From assembly GCF_009914755.1 (NCBI RefSeq), contig NC_060947.1: 64,000 nt of DNA; one strand, given 5' to 3'. Origin of the DNA: the human T2T-CHM13v2.0 reference genome, Homo sapiens. This document shows positions 15,549 through 28,012 of the stretch, piece by piece. The notes beneath the pieces were generated by a model. The model saw only the letters and a program-made list of their open reading frames with translations. It ran no database searches and was not told the DNA's origin. The position numbers and the translations under genes are program-made. How positions within the stretch are numbered: the stretch's first letter is position 1; every line of letters starts with the position of its first letter.

Positions 15549-15901
15549 TGCTGTGGATGTTTGTGCCCCCCCCCCAATTATATGTTGAAAGCTAATCCCT
15601 AATGCAATAATATTAAAAAGTGAGACCTTTAGGAGTTGATTAGGCTCTGCCCTCATGAATGGGATTGATGCCTGCGTAAAAGAGGCCCAAGGGAGTTTGT
15701 TAGACCCCCCACTTCCGCCCTGTGATGACACAGCAAAAAGTGTAATCCGTGAAGCAGAGAGCTCACGCCAGACATTGAATCTGCTGTCACATTAATCTTG
15801 GACTTCCTAGCCTCCAGAACTATGAGATATAAATTTTTGTTCTTTATAAGCCACCGACTTTGTGGTATTTTTTGTTATAACAACTTAAATGGACCAACAC
15901 A
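15549..15901 (+). mobile_element. MaLR solo LTR (MLT1A-like), complete
   Basis: tgctgtggatgtttgtg...tcttggacttcctagcctccagaact...ggaccaacaca; TSD agtgg/agtga. Confidence 0.9.
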
Positions 15902-17596
15902 AGTGATGATGTTTCTAGAGTCTGTGTATGTGCATGTGCCTAGGTATTTTGCCAATTTAGCGTTAATGAGTACAGCAATGCCAACAATGGATCCATTCTT
16001 TGCCTCTCCTATTACCGCAGGTCTCCTTTTCACAGATCAGTATAGATAAGGGTAGTAGAGATAAATATTACGAGGTTATCTGTTAGTGCCTGTTCAATCA
16101 ACTCTTGATTTTACAGTAGTCTTCCTGTGTACCATGACCCAGACATCTTATAAAAGCAAAACACAAATTGCAGTTTTAAAATGCTATTGCTCTGCACCAT
16201 TATTTTCCTCTTCCCACTAATTTGCTTGCGATTCAATGTGTTTTCTAGCATCTCTCATGTCTTGGGTTCTTGGCCCTCATATTTCCCTTTGGATTGCTTC
16301 ATTTTGGTGGATTTTGGGAATTCCCCCTTGGCTAATAAAACCTTGGTTATTCCTTTCTGTTCTGCTGCCTAGATGACTATTCCCCATTCCAAACTTTAAC
16401 CCTGTGGAACCCCACCCCCACACAGGCCATCTATAGACCTTTGTTCTTCCTAACATTTTCAACAGGGCAATGAAGTGTTTCATAAATATTTGGGGTTTTA
16501 TGGAAAAAAAATGCTCTAAGGCAGCTTAAAGCTATTCTTCAAAATAAGAAAAGTATTCTATATTTTAAACATGTATATAGTCATCTTCTTTACTGGGGAA
16601 TTAATGGAGTACTCTAAGCTATTGCCCCTCCCACTCTCTTCTCTTCAGCTACCCAAAGTGATGATGTGGAACTTCCAGATTTTCTCCTGCAAGTTCATGC
16701 TTTATTTATTCCATTATGAGGTCCACATCAAATTATATTACCATTCCTGGGATTCTGGAGTTCAGATCTTTGGAAAATCACAGTGTCAACAGAAATTATA
16801 AGATAAAGGCACTTATATATGAGGAATGATCCCTTGCCCTGCATTTACAGATTCAGATCAAAAACCAATGCCCACATATTTTATCTCTAGCTTTTACTAA
16901 ACAGTAGAGTCCGTGACTTCATTCACAGTAGGTGATTGATACATTTCGACAAAAGTATTTTGCAAAGACGCTTCCTGCAGCATCAACAGTAAAAGAGATA
17001 CTGAGGTAGGTGCTATATGTATCTTCTGGATACAAATTTCCACCAAAAAAAATTTCATCTTAGCACATATCTTTGACTTATGGTGTTCAATTTTAAATAT
17101 AACTGGCAGTTTTGATAAAATGCATTCCTTTCCATTGTTTCTGTTACAAAGAATGCAATTTTAAGGTTTTCTGTTTTTGTAAATTGGAGCGGTGGATACA
17201 ACAGTTACCACCCCCACACATACACTTCTCTAACACATACATATATACACACAGTTTTAACATTCCCAATTCTTTAAAAAATTATCTTTGATCAAATTAT
17301 TGTTTATATGATGTAAATGCCTTGGACACTACTGCCTGTCAGTGATGCGAGTCAGTTCTTCTATTCCTTTTATTGGCTCCTCAGAGATTTCTGGAAGTCC
17401 ATCTATAATAGAATCATTATTTCATAATGATAACATATTTTAAAAACTCATGGTTTCAGAAACATGAGCAAATTGCCTTGTAAAAGCCTACATTGAGGGA
17501 GTTGTGCAGACTTTAAAACACCTCAGCTTCTCACTGCACATTGGATATGGTTGAGTATTGCAAATACAGCCATATTTATCCATGCTATCTAGCATT

Positions 17597-17774
17597 AGAC
17601 AGTCCTTATCATCAAGTGATCTGAGGGCCTCCTTCATCAGCTTCCCTTGGAATGCTTGCTATCAAAGTACTTTCCTGAGCCCGCTACAGATTTAACAAAC
17701 CAGAGTCTCTGTGCACCCAGAGAAGGGAGTTTGCTCCAGTGATTTTCGTGCACACTAAGGTTGGAGAACCATTG
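17597..17774. mobile_element. MER5-type MITE
   Basis: catcagc...ggaatgcttg...cagtgatttt...ggttggagaaccattg. Confidence 0.6.
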
Positions 17775-18069
17775 TCCCTCAGAGCCATTAGAAATTCAGC
17801 TTGCATCAGTCTAGAGTTCTACAAGAGGCAATCACAACAACATGCTATCTACGAAAATCCTATATTTCCATCCCTGACTCAGAATCTATAAATTTCAGTT
17901 TAATTTCCACTAAATGTATTATCCCGGGAAAAAGGGCAGGAAGTAATTATGGAAAAACCATTGAAACGTAAGCATGGTGAGCAGATAGTATGAATATGAG
18001 TATAATCTGACACTTTTAATATCTCAGAGAACAGAGGAACAATAGGGAAAGCAGGTACTGACCAGCCCC

Positions 18070-18250
18070 AGTTCACGTTTGTTTCTGCCCTCTTGGGCTG
18101 TGCAACTGTGTGACTTGGGCAAGTTACATGACCTTGATAGTCAAAATGTGAATGACAGTATGTGTATATTAGTGATGTTGTGAGAATTAAATGACTGATA
18201 TAATGTGTCCACCAAGATAGTAGACAGATAGTAGGCCCCCGTGTATTAGT
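18070..18250 (+). mobile_element. MIR
   Basis: ctgtgtgacttgggcaagttac...gttgtgagaattaaatga core. Confidence 0.7.
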
Positions 18251-20069
18251 TACCTTTCTTGTTTTCTACCACTACTACCCAAGAGGGAAGCTTCTAAACT
18301 CTGAAGGAGATCTGTTGATAGAGTCTAATGTGTCATCCAGCTTTGTCTCTGGGTCATATAGAGATACAGTTTGTATGCCAAAAAAAATGTAGTCCTCTAT
18401 ACAGTTCAGAAAATTACCACCAATATGCTTTATCAAACAGCAGCTACAGTGTAGTATATGCCAACCTCAGAGTGGGTCTCCTCTTAAAGGTTCCCAAGTA
18501 TCCAGTCATGTAAATGAAGACTGCATCTAAGGAGTTAGCTGTACAGAGAAGAGTCTCTGAGAAAGCGAAATAGGGTTATAGTCTCCTCTAGTCCTTACTT
18601 TCGCTTTAAGGAAGGAGAAAATAGCAAAGAGTGAAGAGGCCTGGAAAATTGCAGTAAAACAGAGCAAATAGGATAAGAGACTAATAAAATAAGTGGAGCA
18701 CAGAGAAACTAAATTGAATGACAACACATGAGAAATGTACTCAAGTTTTGACTCCTGATTTGTGAACCAGAATCTGCCAATAACAACTACCAAATAGATC
18801 AGCCCAAATATCTATTAGTAACCCCCAAGAACAGTGCGATGTAGTAGAGTGACCCAGCAATAAACAAGGCCCCATCTCTGCCTTCTAGTGTTTTACAGAC
18901 TAGGAGGAAGCCTCCACAAATTTGGCACAGTTAATGGGTAGCTAATCAGAAAAAATTAAGCTTATATCAATGTACTTAAGCTGTGAAGAAAAAGCCTCAT
19001 ACTTCTTGTTAAAAATAAATATAGTTTGATTGCTCAAAGAGATCCCAGTCCACAGATTACCACAGTAAATAATTGCACGCCCATCTCTTTTGCAAAGCAC
19101 AAAGCAACCTGCTCCACGCGCCTCAGATGCCTTTCTGAATCACCACAGAGGGAGACTTTTAATCATTTCAACAACCAGAGCACCAGCTTTGTTCTCAAAC
19201 AATGCTGGAAGGTTTCTCACACCTCTACTATCCATAGTATTATAATTTTTCATTTTTCATAGGCAGGGGTTTTGTTTTATTTGGTTGGTGTTGTCATATC
19301 CCAGAAACGAAACAGGCCTGCAAAATCAATGCCACACGTACAACTATGTATATATTCTCCCCTGTAAATCTCCATTAGCTTGATTGGGACTCCATAGTGG
19401 CTGGAGGTATTGCCTGCATCTGCCTTTCATTCTTAGTTTGGGCAAAATGAGTGGTGAATGACTCTTATACCTGCCTTTTAAAATTGGGGATCTCAGATGA
19501 GCCCTGGCTCTACCACTAATTGCATGGAACTACTTGGTAAGCAGCATCACTGAGGCATCAGCATCCCATCATATTTATTTCTAGGGAAGATGACAAATTA
19601 TGGCCAAATTAGCATCGATATGAACAAGTTTGTAGAAGGGTCAAAATATAAATACAATATACAAATAACTACAGCAGTAATGTTTTTAATCACTACATTT
19701 TCAAAAATATTCTACCGAAAAGGGTGATTAACAAATTATTATTATGTTAACCTAGAAAAAGAACATAATCAGTATATAATCACTAAGAAGACATTAGGCA
19801 CATTTAAATAAGTAGGTGTTTGCATGTTAATACACACGTACTCTTAGCTCAGGAACATGATCCATTAACCGATAGAACGAGTAAGATGTTAGCTAATTGG
19901 TGAGTTCTTGCAGTGAGAAATGTCTAATGTGAGTCCCTGGTACCTGTGATTTTCAAAATTATTTAAACAGGAATCAAAACTGTTTTAATAATTTTTGAAA
20001 GCATTCCCATGCTTTAGAATTTTGGTTTAAGGCTTAGACCAAAATCATCATGGAAAAAATGTGTGTCTA

Positions 20070-20225
20070 GTGCTGAATCACTTTGACTTGTATTAGAATG
20101 TCAGCTCCAAGAAGACAGACATTTTTGTCAATTTTTAATCATCAATGTACCCACAGTGTTTACAAGAGTATCTGGTACACTGTAGGGTTATTAGCAAATA
20201 TTCACAAAATAAACAAATAAATAAT
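20070..20225 (+). mobile_element. L2 3' end
   Basis: tagaatgtcagctccaagaagacagac...tggtacactgtagg...aaatattc. Confidence 0.65.
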
Positions 20226-21039
20226 ACTTACCTGTTTCATTACAGTTTCTCTGCCAGAATTGTAATCATTGGTCAAGTTTGATAGTGGACATGGGCCTCT
20301 TTCTTGGGAAGTAATAACAATAGGAAGATATGGTACTGAATGCTAGCTTATGGGAGGTGTGGGTTAAGAGGTCTCAGGGATGCCCTGTCTTATAAAGAGC
20401 TCTGCACAAACTTAAGCTTAAACTAACTGGAAAATTAGGACAGCCATCTCTGTCATTTCTCTAGCGTCTTCTACCCTCTATTGCTTTCCAGATGCAACTC
20501 AGGGGACTCTCCTTCCCATTTTCCTGGCCCTTTGCTTTCTTTATTGGGAACTAGTTACCTTCAATTCTCCCCCTTTGGGTTTATATGCATTTTAGATTAT
20601 TATGGTTATTCTTCTTGTAACCTCATTTGCGTGGTAGATGCAAAACAGAATTTGAGACATTGCCATGAACAAAAATGGAGCCAATTATTTGTATTTACAT
20701 ACTTTTCTGAAGTCTATTCATCAGATTTTCTGATTCTTAGTGAGGACTTACTTAGGATTATTCAGATGTGGTCAAGACAAAAGCAATGAAATAATCATCT
20801 GAGGTTTTGTATTATCTACAGATATAATTCTTTATATTTGCTAAATAACAAAAGGAAATATTTTTCTCTTGTTCTCTCTGAATGAAGGGCAATTGTGCTG
20901 TTTTTCTGTCACTGTCTATAATTTTACTTCTAAGAAATGGCATGAAGGTATATCAGTTACATAAGAGGGCTTTTATTTGTCCTTTTTGGTATTTTTTAGT
21001 GTTTGGTTTAATGATTAAAATATATTGTATCTCTTAGAT

Positions 21040-21538
21040 AGTTAACTATACACTTACCATATGACCCAGCAACCTTACTTCTGGGCATTTACCAAAGAGA
21101 AATGAAAATCTATGCTCACACAAAAACCTGCACATGAATGTTTATAGCAGCCTTATTCATGATTGCCAAATAACTTAAAAAAGCAGCCTACATAGAGTTC
21201 ATTGGGTGAATGGATAAAAACCAACTGCGATACAGACATACAATGGAATAGTACACAGCAGTAAACACCAAAGCAGACTCTTGATATGCACACAACATGG
21301 ATAGATCTCAAAGACATTAGGATGAGTGAAACGATCTGGTCTGAAAAGGTTACACACTGTATAATTCCATTTATATGACATTCAGGAAAAGATAAAACTA
21401 TAGTAATAGAGAACAGAACAGTGGTTGCCTGGGATTAGGAGTAGGGAGAGAATGCCACTTCAAAGGAATAATAGGATTAAGACTTTGGGGGTGATGAAAC
21501 TGTTCTGTAACCTGATTGGGGTGTTGGGGTGGTAGTTT

Positions 21539-21600
<62 letters not shown>

Positions 21601-21710
21601 ATTTGTGTACATGTGTATCTGCATGTATTTGAACATATATACAACTGTATACCAAGAGAAAAAAAGGTAATTTCCCAGTATGAAAATTTTAAAAGTAAAA
21701 TTTAAAATAT
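21040..21710 (+). mobile_element. Old L1M (MB/MC/MD-type) 3' end
   Basis: ttaccatatgacccagcaa...cacacaaaaacctgcacatgaatgtttatagcagc...cagtggttgcctggg. Confidence 0.85.
21545..21598. repeat. (TG)19(TA)8 compound microsatellite
   Basis: Direct count. Confidence 0.97.
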
Positions 21711-23715
21711 ATCAAAAATATCATATTGTTCCTTATAAATCTATAAGCATAGAGAAAAAGCTGGAAGGGTACTCAAGAAACGTTATCATCTGTGTGGAGG
21801 GACTTCAAAATAAGAATCTATTTCTTTTGTCTTTGGAAAAAAAAGCTATTTCCGTTTTAAAAATATCGTGAAGTCTTTTGTTTAGAATTGGTAAAGGTGC
21901 TTTTCTAAAAACGCTCATTTTCTTGTAGCTTTTGGTTAATAAAAATACTCAAATTATTACTGATTATTTTTATACAGTATTTTTTCTGGCAGTATTAACA
22001 GTATTTGTATATGGTGAGTGTTATATTACTTCTGCCAAGCTTGAAAACAGAGATGACAAGTTCCGTAAGTGTAAAAAAATAAATGAAATTAATAGTTTCG
22101 TGCCTAAGAGCCTCTCTTTGCATATGAGATTAGTACACTGTTCTCATGCTTATTTTGTATTATAATTCACTTCTTCAGAAAGCTCACTTTATTCCATTCA
22201 GTTGCAAAGCTTGGATGGTTGGTATGCCTATAATAAATTTAGAAAATTAAGTTATTACTGCAGTGAAGTTTTCAAAACTCCATCCACTCACAGGTATTTC
22301 AGTTATAATTTTGATAATGGAGAAGATGGAAAGATAGATACTATCAATATTTTTTCCTTTGCTACATTTATTCCCTTATGCCTTAAAAACGAGGGCATGA
22401 TATGATATTCCATATGCTAACGTGTGTATATGTAAAAGAAAGAGAAAAAGGAACTTGCTCTATACTTTAATTTCAGAATATGGCTACCTTTGCTTATGTT
22501 AGAATGTCAGCAACAGAAAATTAAATAGCCCATATAATTAATGCTTGTCTTTTATTCCAGAGTAAGTTTCTTTCTGTGTTTTGCACATAGTGTAACACAA
22601 GTTTGTTGCTGTTGCTTTTTTCATTGAGAAATCTTTAAAATGATCATGAAGTGTGCAAGTCAAAGTAAAAACAATAAAACGAGGTATTCAAGTAGATACT
22701 GAGAGGTAAATGAATTATGTTCGTTTTATGGCAACATCCAAATATTTTGTGTTTCCATTTTATGTCAAAAGTTAAGCTTTAGCTGGAATAAAAAATTTCC
22801 TCTCTTGGTAAAATCAGTTGACTTAGCAGTTTTATGCAAGAACTGAAGTATTCAATCAACATTTTTTTTTCCATCAAACTTCCCTTTTGACAGGAAATTC
22901 TGTGTCTGATTCTTTTTTTCTTTAAACTGCATTCAAAAGAATAATAAAAGAGCACCACATGTCCTCTTTGCTGAAGGAGTTTTTAAAGAGATACCACAAT
23001 AATTATTTTCTTGCTTGGAAGCTACCTTTATTAAGAGGCCAATTTTATACTGGAATCTACTATTAAAATTATGTGACTAATGTTTCATTATGAATCATGA
23101 TCACAAACAGAGTCATTATGTATGGGAGACCTGAGAAATGTTCGCCAACCACATTCAAAAATAGATATTTGTGTGTGTTCCAGTTACATTTTATTTGAAA
23201 GATCACCTTCCTTTTTTTCTTCCAAATATTCCCTTTCCCCCTCCCTTGTGGTCCTCCTCACATCTGAGCTCCTTTTCTTTTCACAGATGGTGATACTCTT
23301 TGAGGTCAGGTACCTATGACCTGGAGTGTTTCTTGAAGCACTTCCAATATTCGGTTCTACTTTTTCAATACTCATGACAGCACGCAGTCTAAGGCAAAAC
23401 AGAAGTGAGGGTTGATTGATCATAAATATAGCTGACACCACCAAGCTGTCAGGGAGCAGGACACTGAATTGATCAAATTTTAAAAGTGGAGGATGTGTGG
23501 AGCCAAAAGGAGGTCGCCTTATTTTGGAGTCATCAGCTGAGGGCTAAGAAAAGAAAATTCTGGAATTCTGCTCTGTCAGGATATGGGATGGGCTTTTAGA
23601 AGAAAATAAGGAAACTGATTTCATTGCAACATGACTTTTGGCAGTTGTTTTACCTTACCTTTTGCTAAAATGTCATCCCCGCACCCCCCTCATGACCCTT
23701 TACTATTCTCCTTCT

Positions 23716-23920
23716 CTTTATTTTTAATTTTGTAAATTTTAATTTTTGTGGTGACATAGTAGGTATATATATTTGAGGGGTACATGAGATGTTTTGATAC
23801 AGGCATGCAATGTGAAATAAGCACATCATGGAGAATGGGGTATCCATCCCCTCAAACATTTATCCTGTGAGTTACAAACAAACAACTCGATTACACTCTT
23901 AAAGGTATTTTAAGTTATTT
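23716..23920 (-). mobile_element. L1MA1/2-like 3' end
   Basis: ggggtacatgagatgttttgatacaggcatgcaatgtgaaataagcacatcatggagaatgggg. Confidence 0.85.
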
Positions 23921-24479
23921 TTTACCTCAGAAATCTCTGGTTCATATTATCAGAGACTTAATAATATTTATTGATCAGAATTTAACATTTGAATAATTTA
24001 TTCTTTTCTTATATGTACAGTAGTGATTGGGTGGGAAGAGGGCTGAGTTCAAATATTTACTCTCCCACAAGCTACTTGGCAACTTAGGTAGTTGGAACCT
24101 CATGATCCAAGCTCTGAAATCTTTGGAAACTACATTGTAAGAGACAATTGGTTCTATAGAGGGAAACCCTTGCAAAAGTTACATGTGCTCTACTGATATA
24201 TCAAATGTATGTGTGTATGTGTGTGTGTATAGTAGAACTGATGGTAGATTATTTCAATTATATAGCATTAATGACAGGTGGACTCAATTTATTTTCTCTA
24301 AGCAGCTGAAAATTCTCACCAAGAAACAGCCTTCCTGTATTCACCACCTTTATTTGAAGTTGAGAAATAAAATGTTGCCAAGTATATCCAGGGTCATCCC
24401 ATTTTTCTAAACACAAGTTTTCTCTGCACTATGACACTCACATTACTGCTGCTAACATGACGAGCTTCAGATATTATCA

Positions 24480-24965
24480 GGAGGCATTTTGTATAGTAGT
24501 TAATAGTATAAGTTCGGGTACTAGTCCTGGATTCAAATTTTGGGTTGGCTACTATCCAGCTTATAATCCTGGATAAATTATTTAATTGCTCTCAGTTTCA
24601 ATTCCTCATCTTCCATAAACTGGAATAATACTAGTACTGACATCCAGGGTTGTGAAGAGAATAATCTACATCAAATGTCAACAGTCATTTTCTGTAACAG
24701 ACCAGACAGCAAATATTTTAGGTTTTACAGGCCATATAATATAGTGTCTTTCACAACTACTCAACTGTGCCTTTATAGTATAAAGGTGGACCTATACAAT
24801 ACATAAACAAGTGGGCATGGCTGTGTTTCAATAAAACTTTATTTACAAAAACAGGCAGGAAGACTGATTTAGCCCACTGGCCCTAGTTGGCAAACCTCTG
24901 GTCTATATTAATGCTTAACACAGTTCTAAACATTAATTTTAATTAATGTAAATTAAATGTTATTA
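24480..24965 (+). mobile_element. MIR interrupted by MER58A
   Basis: ctggattcaaat...ctcagtttcaattcctcatct...gggttgtgaag; resumes after the MITE with atgcttaacacag. Confidence 0.65.
24672..24900. mobile_element. MER58A-like hAT MITE
   Basis: gggcatggctgtgtttcaataaaactttatttacaaaaacaggc...ttggcaaacctctg; 8-bp TSD atctacat/gtctatat. Confidence 0.88.
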
Positions 24966-26479
24966 GTTCTGTGGCATACATTTCAACGTATGCCATTATT
25001 CAAGAATATGTCACAATCATACAGGCCATACTGTATTTCTCCAGAAACTAAAATTACTATATCCTAAAGGAAACTACCATGGTTTGAAGATTTGTTTGTG
25101 AGAAATTCTGCAGTAGCATCTGGTGATCTGGTGAGAGGGACATAATAATCAGTAAATAGTTTGCAGTACCTTCTTATCAACTAAATAGATGAACGATGCT
25201 ATAAAAATGAAACAAAAGTGACTTAATGAAATCTTCAGTAACGTAGGGTCACACATTTATTCATTCTTCAAAGTAGTTATCCTTTCACTATAATTTCCTT
25301 CCTAGATTTTGCTAAACATATACAACTGGTAGAAGCCTAATGTGCTGTTCCTGTAACATTATATTCCTGTTCCTTGACTTCCTGATATAATGAAGCTGAT
25401 TATATTCCGTGTTTGATAATGTTCATCCTATTAGGATTGGGAAATCCATTGACCACCGAGCACAACCTTATGTTCATGTTCTTATCATTAGCACCACTCC
25501 AGCTATGGAGCTGTCAGCATTTTCAGCCTAAATGCTGCTTTCAGGGGCCTGCAATTCAGTCATAAAAATTAGCTGCAGGCAGAAACTTGATATATGAAGT
25601 CCAGATCCAAGAGAGAATTTTATTACATTTTTAACACAGAGAGAGAAGTACATTAGACCATTATAAAAAAACATACAAATTAGTGTAGTGAACTTGCTCT
25701 GCATCCTTTTCTGTTCTGACGTAATTTAAGATTGCATTCATATCTGCCCCCTTCGTTTTCCATGTATCCATGAAGGAATCTTACGGATTTCCAGTGCCAG
25801 GTGACTTTACGACAAGTTCCCTTAAGGTTACATTTAAGATTGGAACAGAGCAGCTTGAGTCTCTATTTGTCAATGGGAAAAAGATTTTCCAGCCTTTTAT
25901 GAATTCAAAATTAATTAGAATAAATTTTCTGCCATAATGCAGCAACACAGGGTATGACCTGCATCAGGCTTCATGTTTTATGATTGAGTTTTAAGAACTG
26001 GCTTGTGTGCAAAGACTTTTCTTTGACGTGAGATTGAATTAAGGAAACTTAATTAACATTTTCTAATTAAATACTGCATTGTGAACTCAATCGCATTGTA
26101 CTCTGCAACTATGATGAGATTGTTCTGTCTTTATTTAAATAAACAAGATGGCTCACAGGGTTGAGAGCTTGGTTGATAACCATCCCTTTCTTTCCTCAGT
26201 TGTCACCTCTGCTTTTCAGAAATATTATTAGCCACTCACCTAACTGCAGGAATTTGGTAGACACACATTTCTCAAAAATGCTCAAGGATACTAAAAATGA
26301 TACCTGATCTCATGATTGACGAGAGTAGTAGTCTACCCATTTAATACCTAATTCCAGTTCATTCTATTCATTCGAGACAAACCCTATTTTTATTCCCTTT
26401 CACCTTATTTTCTCCATGGAATATGTGATGTATAACATGTATCATGTAATACACAATAGGTAGCGTATAATATGTGATT

Positions 26480-27690
26480 TCCAGTGACCACCATGGTGTT
26501 CAATTTAATAGTTAATGTGCCATCCTCATCTTACTTGCCCCGAGAGCTGCACTGGACAAAGTACACACCATTTCTCCATGATACTCATCTTCCCATGGCT
26601 CCCAGGACACCACATTCTCTTAGTTTCCCTCCCACCATTCTGGTCACTCCCTCTCACTCTTTTTTGCTGGTTAGTCCTCTTCCCCCTAGTCTCCTAATAT
26701 TGCAGTGCCCCAGGGCTTAATCCTTGGTCATCTTCTCTACTCTCCCTACTCTCATTCCACTGATGAGCTCATCCTATCTATATGCCAGTGCCTCCTTAAT
26801 GTATATACTCTGCCCTGACATTTCTCAAATCTTGCATACCTAACTGTCTATCCGTCTCTGCTGGAATAGACACTCCAAACTCCATATGTTCAAAATCGAG
26901 TTCCTGATCTTTTCCTGCGGACCTGCACCACCCACAGCCTTCTCTGTCTCAGGGACGGTAACTCCAGTTGTCAGTTGCTGAGGCCAGAATCTTAGAAATA
27001 ATCCTTGACTTTTTATTCTCTCACTCTTTACATCCAATCTGTCAGGAAATTTTCATGCCTCTCACTTGAAATTTATCCAGCATCTAACCACTTATCACTT
27101 CTCCAACTCTTATCAACCTGGTATAAGGCACTTACCACAGTTTGTTGCTCCAAAGCTCTCTGTTTTACATTGTCAACAACAGTCCTTACAATGATCTACA
27201 AGGCCCAATCTGGGTGAATTCTTCATCCCCCCGTCTTAGCATGTCTCCTCCTCTCTGACTTTCTTATGCCACAACAGCCCCACTGGCCTTCTTGCTGTTC
27301 TTCTGACATGCCAAGCACACTTCCTTCTTAGACCTTTGTACTCACTGCCTGCAATGAATGCCTGCAATAACACATCCTCCTGGCTAACTCCCTCACCTCC
27401 AAGTTTCTTCTCAAATGTCACCATTTCAGTGAGTCCTATTTCGATTTCTATTTAAAATTGCAAACCTATTCTACTGCCAGCATTTCTGAGGTCTACCTTT
27501 TCTCCTTTCCCCATATATCTTATCACCTTTGAACAGATTATCTAACTTTTGTCTGTCTGTCTACTCCTTATCATTTGCCCACCACATTAGGATGCAAGTC
27601 CCATGGGGGCGGAAAGTTTTGCTTTGTTCTTTCGTACATCCCAAGCACTGAGAGTAGTGCCTGGCACATAGAAGTAACTCAGTGAACATC
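26480..27690 (+). mobile_element. L2a, ~1.2 kb 3' portion
   Basis: Pyrimidine-rich L2 body ending gtagtgcctggcacatagaag. Confidence 0.85.
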
Positions 27691-27715
27691 AGAACTATTA
27701 AAAGCATATACAATC

Positions 27716-28012
27716 AGACGGGCATGGTGGCTCATGCCTGTAATCCCAGAACTTTAGGAGGCTGAGGCAGGAGAATCTCTTGAGGCCAGGACTTCAAGAC
27801 CAGCATGGACAACATAGTGAGACCCTGTCTCTACAAAAAATGAAAAAATAAAAAAATCAGCTGAGTGTGGTGGCATGCACCCGTAGTCCGAGCTACTCGG
27901 GAAGCTGAGGCGGGAGGTTCACTTGAGCCCAGGTGTTCGAGGATGCAGGGAACTATGAGTTCACCACTGCACTCCAGCCTAGGTGACAGAGCAAGACCCT
28001 GTCTCAAAAAAA
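27716..28012 (+). mobile_element. AluJ
   Basis: Dimer with ggaggttcacttgagcccagg and gcaagaccctgtctc. Confidence 0.92.

Noticed and set aside
24930-24949. Palindrome acattaatt-tt-aattaatgt, and the T9-A17 tract at 60407-60432
   Set aside because: Low-complexity AT sequence, expected by chance or from repeat tails
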